A DNA stretch of 64,000 nt. Source: Leptolyngbyaceae cyanobacterium. GTDB taxonomy: Bacteria; Cyanobacteriota; Cyanobacteriia; Phormidesmidales; Phormidesmidaceae. A program made the position numbers and the translations under genes. A model generated the notes under the pieces. It saw nothing but the letters and a program-made list of their open reading frames with translations. It made no database searches and was not told the DNA's origin. This document shows positions 62,163 through 64,000 of the stretch, piece after piece. Positions within the stretch are counted from its first letter, which is position 1, and every line of letters starts with the position of its first letter. The DNA is taken from positions 79,311-143,310 of the forward strand of contig JBHJHA010000035.1 in assembly GCA_050331235.1 (NCBI GenBank), written 5' to 3'.

Positions 62163-63056
62163 TCACACCACTATGGAGGTTTGTTGTCTAGCTTCGATCT
62201 CCTGATCAAATGCGATCGCAATGCGAGCGACTGCGGCTTTGGCCTCAGCCCGTGACAGCGCCTTCGGAGGGCCTGCTGGACCGTTGGTGGCATCGACAAC
62301 GTAAATCAGTCCGCTAGAGTTATCTCGCAGCACGTCAAGCTCGCCATACTCAATCCCGACCTTGTCAGTAAATCGGGCCAGGGCAGCTAATTCTTCAGCA
62401 GAAAATATCTCGACCGGCTCTCGCAGCTCAGCCGCAGTGTTCGTATTGGCAAAACGGATGGCAGCGGGGCGACGCTTGATATAGACCAGCAATACTTTAC
62501 CGCCACAGATGACCGCCCGGAGATCAACAACTTCATCATCGGCGGAGTTATCGATGAGCCGCTGATAAACTTTGCCCGCTACCACATCAGCGGGCTGTAA
62601 AGGTCCCCAAACGATGCGACCATCGTGGGTCGCATTTTTTTCCGACTTCTCGACGATCGCCCCGGTATAGGTGAGCGGATCGACGGCTAAGGTATACCCG
62701 GCGGCGTCAGCCCAAGCTTTAGCAACGCGGGATTTTTTATTGTCGCGATGCCGTCCGTTAATCACATATTTGCCGTCGGTTGACGGTATCCCAAAGGTTA
62801 GGTCATAGGGCTGTTGGGCATCAAATACGGGTCGATAGCCGTTGACCGCGAATATCTTGGCTAACATCATTTTGTGCCGTAGATGACGCGGTTTGCAGAG
62901 CACGCGACGGCGCGGCGACAGGATTGCTTGGGCGATCGCCCGTATCGGTGAAACATATCTGGCGGCGTTTTTCGCCGCGTGGGCGATCGCAAGATATTCC
63001 CGTAACGGCAGGCGATTGCGGGCGGGGCCTGGGGAAACGAAAGTATTTGAATCCAT
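62163..63056 (-). CDS. hypothetical protein with an ATP-grasp-like C-terminus
   Basis: VEKSEKNATHDG, VYQRLIDN, DLRAVI and YGELDVLRD...IYVVDATNGP resemble ATP-grasp motifs. Confidence 0.65.
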   Translation of the reverse strand: MDSNTFVSPGPARNRLPLREYLAIAHAAKNAARYVSPIRAIAQAILSPRRRVLCKPRHLRHKMMLAKIFAVNGYRPVFDAQQPYDLTFGIPSTDGKYVINGRHRDNKKSRVAKAWADAAGYTLAVDPLTYTGAIVEKSEKNATHDGRIVWGPLQPADVVAGKVYQRLIDNSADDEVVDLRAVICGGKVLLVYIKRRPAAIRFANTNTAAELREPVEIFSAEELAALARFTDKVGIEYGELDVLRDNSSGLIYVVDATNGPAGPPKALSRAEAKAAVARIAIAFDQEIEARQQTSIVV

Positions 63057-63472
63057 GGCGCTTTCACACAGCTAAAACGTCAGTGGGGTCCAAGGTTTCG
63101 CTGATATACGACACTCGCTTCATCATTTGAGCCAGAGCGTTTTCGGCCTGACCAGACTTGCTGGCCAACGGAGCCGACAATTGACATTCCCTGTTAACCC
63201 CTATACAGGGTTCAACGCTTGACTGCCCCAGCCGACATGACACGGGGCAATTTGACCAATTCTTTATCGGAATTGACCTTCTCTCCCCAAATGCTTCACA
63301 AGATATCGGCCAGTGCCTCTGCCGCAGAGGGCCTATGGCAGCCTGCCGATTAATCCGGCACAGGTCACGAAAAGACGGGTCCAGGTATGGATTCTGGATT
63401 CAAGTCGTGCCGCCGCAATTGGCACAATGCTACGCATGTAGCGACGCAGCTAGGCATCCCAACATCGCTCAT

Positions 63473-63510
63473 AAAAAAGTAGGCCGCCCTCACATTGAGA
63501 AGGCGACCTA
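63473..63510 (-). terminator. putative terminator downstream of psb34
   Basis: AAAAAAG-TAGGCCGCC...GGCGACCTA on the + strand gives a hairpin plus U-tract on the minus strand. Confidence 0.65.
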
Positions 63511-63541
63511 GAGATGATATGCAGCTGTCATGCAGGGCTGG

Positions 63542-63712
63542 CTAGGAGACGACAAAAGCGATAGAACAGACGCCGACGATCAAGCTTGCAGCCAACACAC
63601 CAAGAATGATGTAGTTGCGCTTTTCATTGGCGGTTGGGGGCTCTGCCTCGTACATCTTAGGCTCCACGGCAAAATTATTTAACCGACCACCATCTTCAAC
63701 GGTATAGCGCAT
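63542..63712 (-). CDS. psb34: photosystem II assembly protein Psb34 (Ssl1498-like)
   Basis: MRYTVEDGGRLNNFAVEPKMYEAEPPTANEKRNYIILGVLAASLIVGVCSIAFVVS*; GRLNNFA.EPKMY motif plus a C-terminal TM. Confidence 0.9.
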   Translation of the reverse strand: MRYTVEDGGRLNNFAVEPKMYEAEPPTANEKRNYIILGVLAASLIVGVCSIAFVVS

Positions 63713-64000
63713 ATCGAAAACCTTAATTATTTCAATCCATTAAACCTTAGCAGACAATTATCAAATATCGATACACTTCTTAACACTTTTAAGGTTCTTT
63801 CAACCTTTCGGTAGAGATAAATGTCGGCGATCGCAGTGGCGGCCGCTACTGCGCTAAGTATTCTCTAAAAAAGTCAATTTGAATCTGGGCCGCTGTTCGC
63901 TGTAAGCCAATATCAAAAATGCTATGTCCTACGCTCTCAAACTCGTACATCATGGCGGGAATCTCGTTGCTGGCAATGACGTCATGGAAGTTGCGTGCCT

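Noticed and set aside
63918..64000. CDS starting at the right edge
   Set aside because: Two open frames are possible and the fragment is too short to assign.

Overview
A 64-kb stretch of cyanobacterial chromosome. The HIP1 octamer GCGATCGC is pervasive and psaM, psb34, a cyAbrB gene and a ctp protease are present. The ProVWX betaine transporter suggests a salt-tolerant strain (inference). Most of the window is core or housekeeping genes: glmS (partial), dnaX, ttcA, ispG, a ctp protease, an AtzE-family amidase with a small partner gene, proVWX, tRNA-Arg(CCG), psaM, phoU, an RNase II/R (Zam-like) gene, ubiX, speA, ilvD, pyrR, cbiB, Rrf2, cyAbrB, dnaK-dnaJ and psb34. I found no prophage, CRISPR array or transposase. 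The most notable items are: (1) a compact unit at about 54.4-54.75 kb made of an NtcA-like box, a glnA-type glutamine riboswitch, an RBS, a 41-aa hydrophobic ORF and a terminator, i.e. a candidate new nitrogen-responsive microprotein; (2) a three-gene signalling cluster with an orphan PhnD-like lipoprotein, an adenylate cyclase-Ser/Thr kinase fusion with tandem C-terminal repeats, and a heme-c/HAMP sensor with no output domain; (3) an in-frame TGA at a zinc-module Cys codon of the essential dnaX gene, and an in-frame TAG in a DUF2809-like gene; (4) three copies of a roughly 113-bp MITE-like repeat; (5) several small proteins below the ORF-track cutoff. All assignments come from motif recognition by eye, with no database searches.
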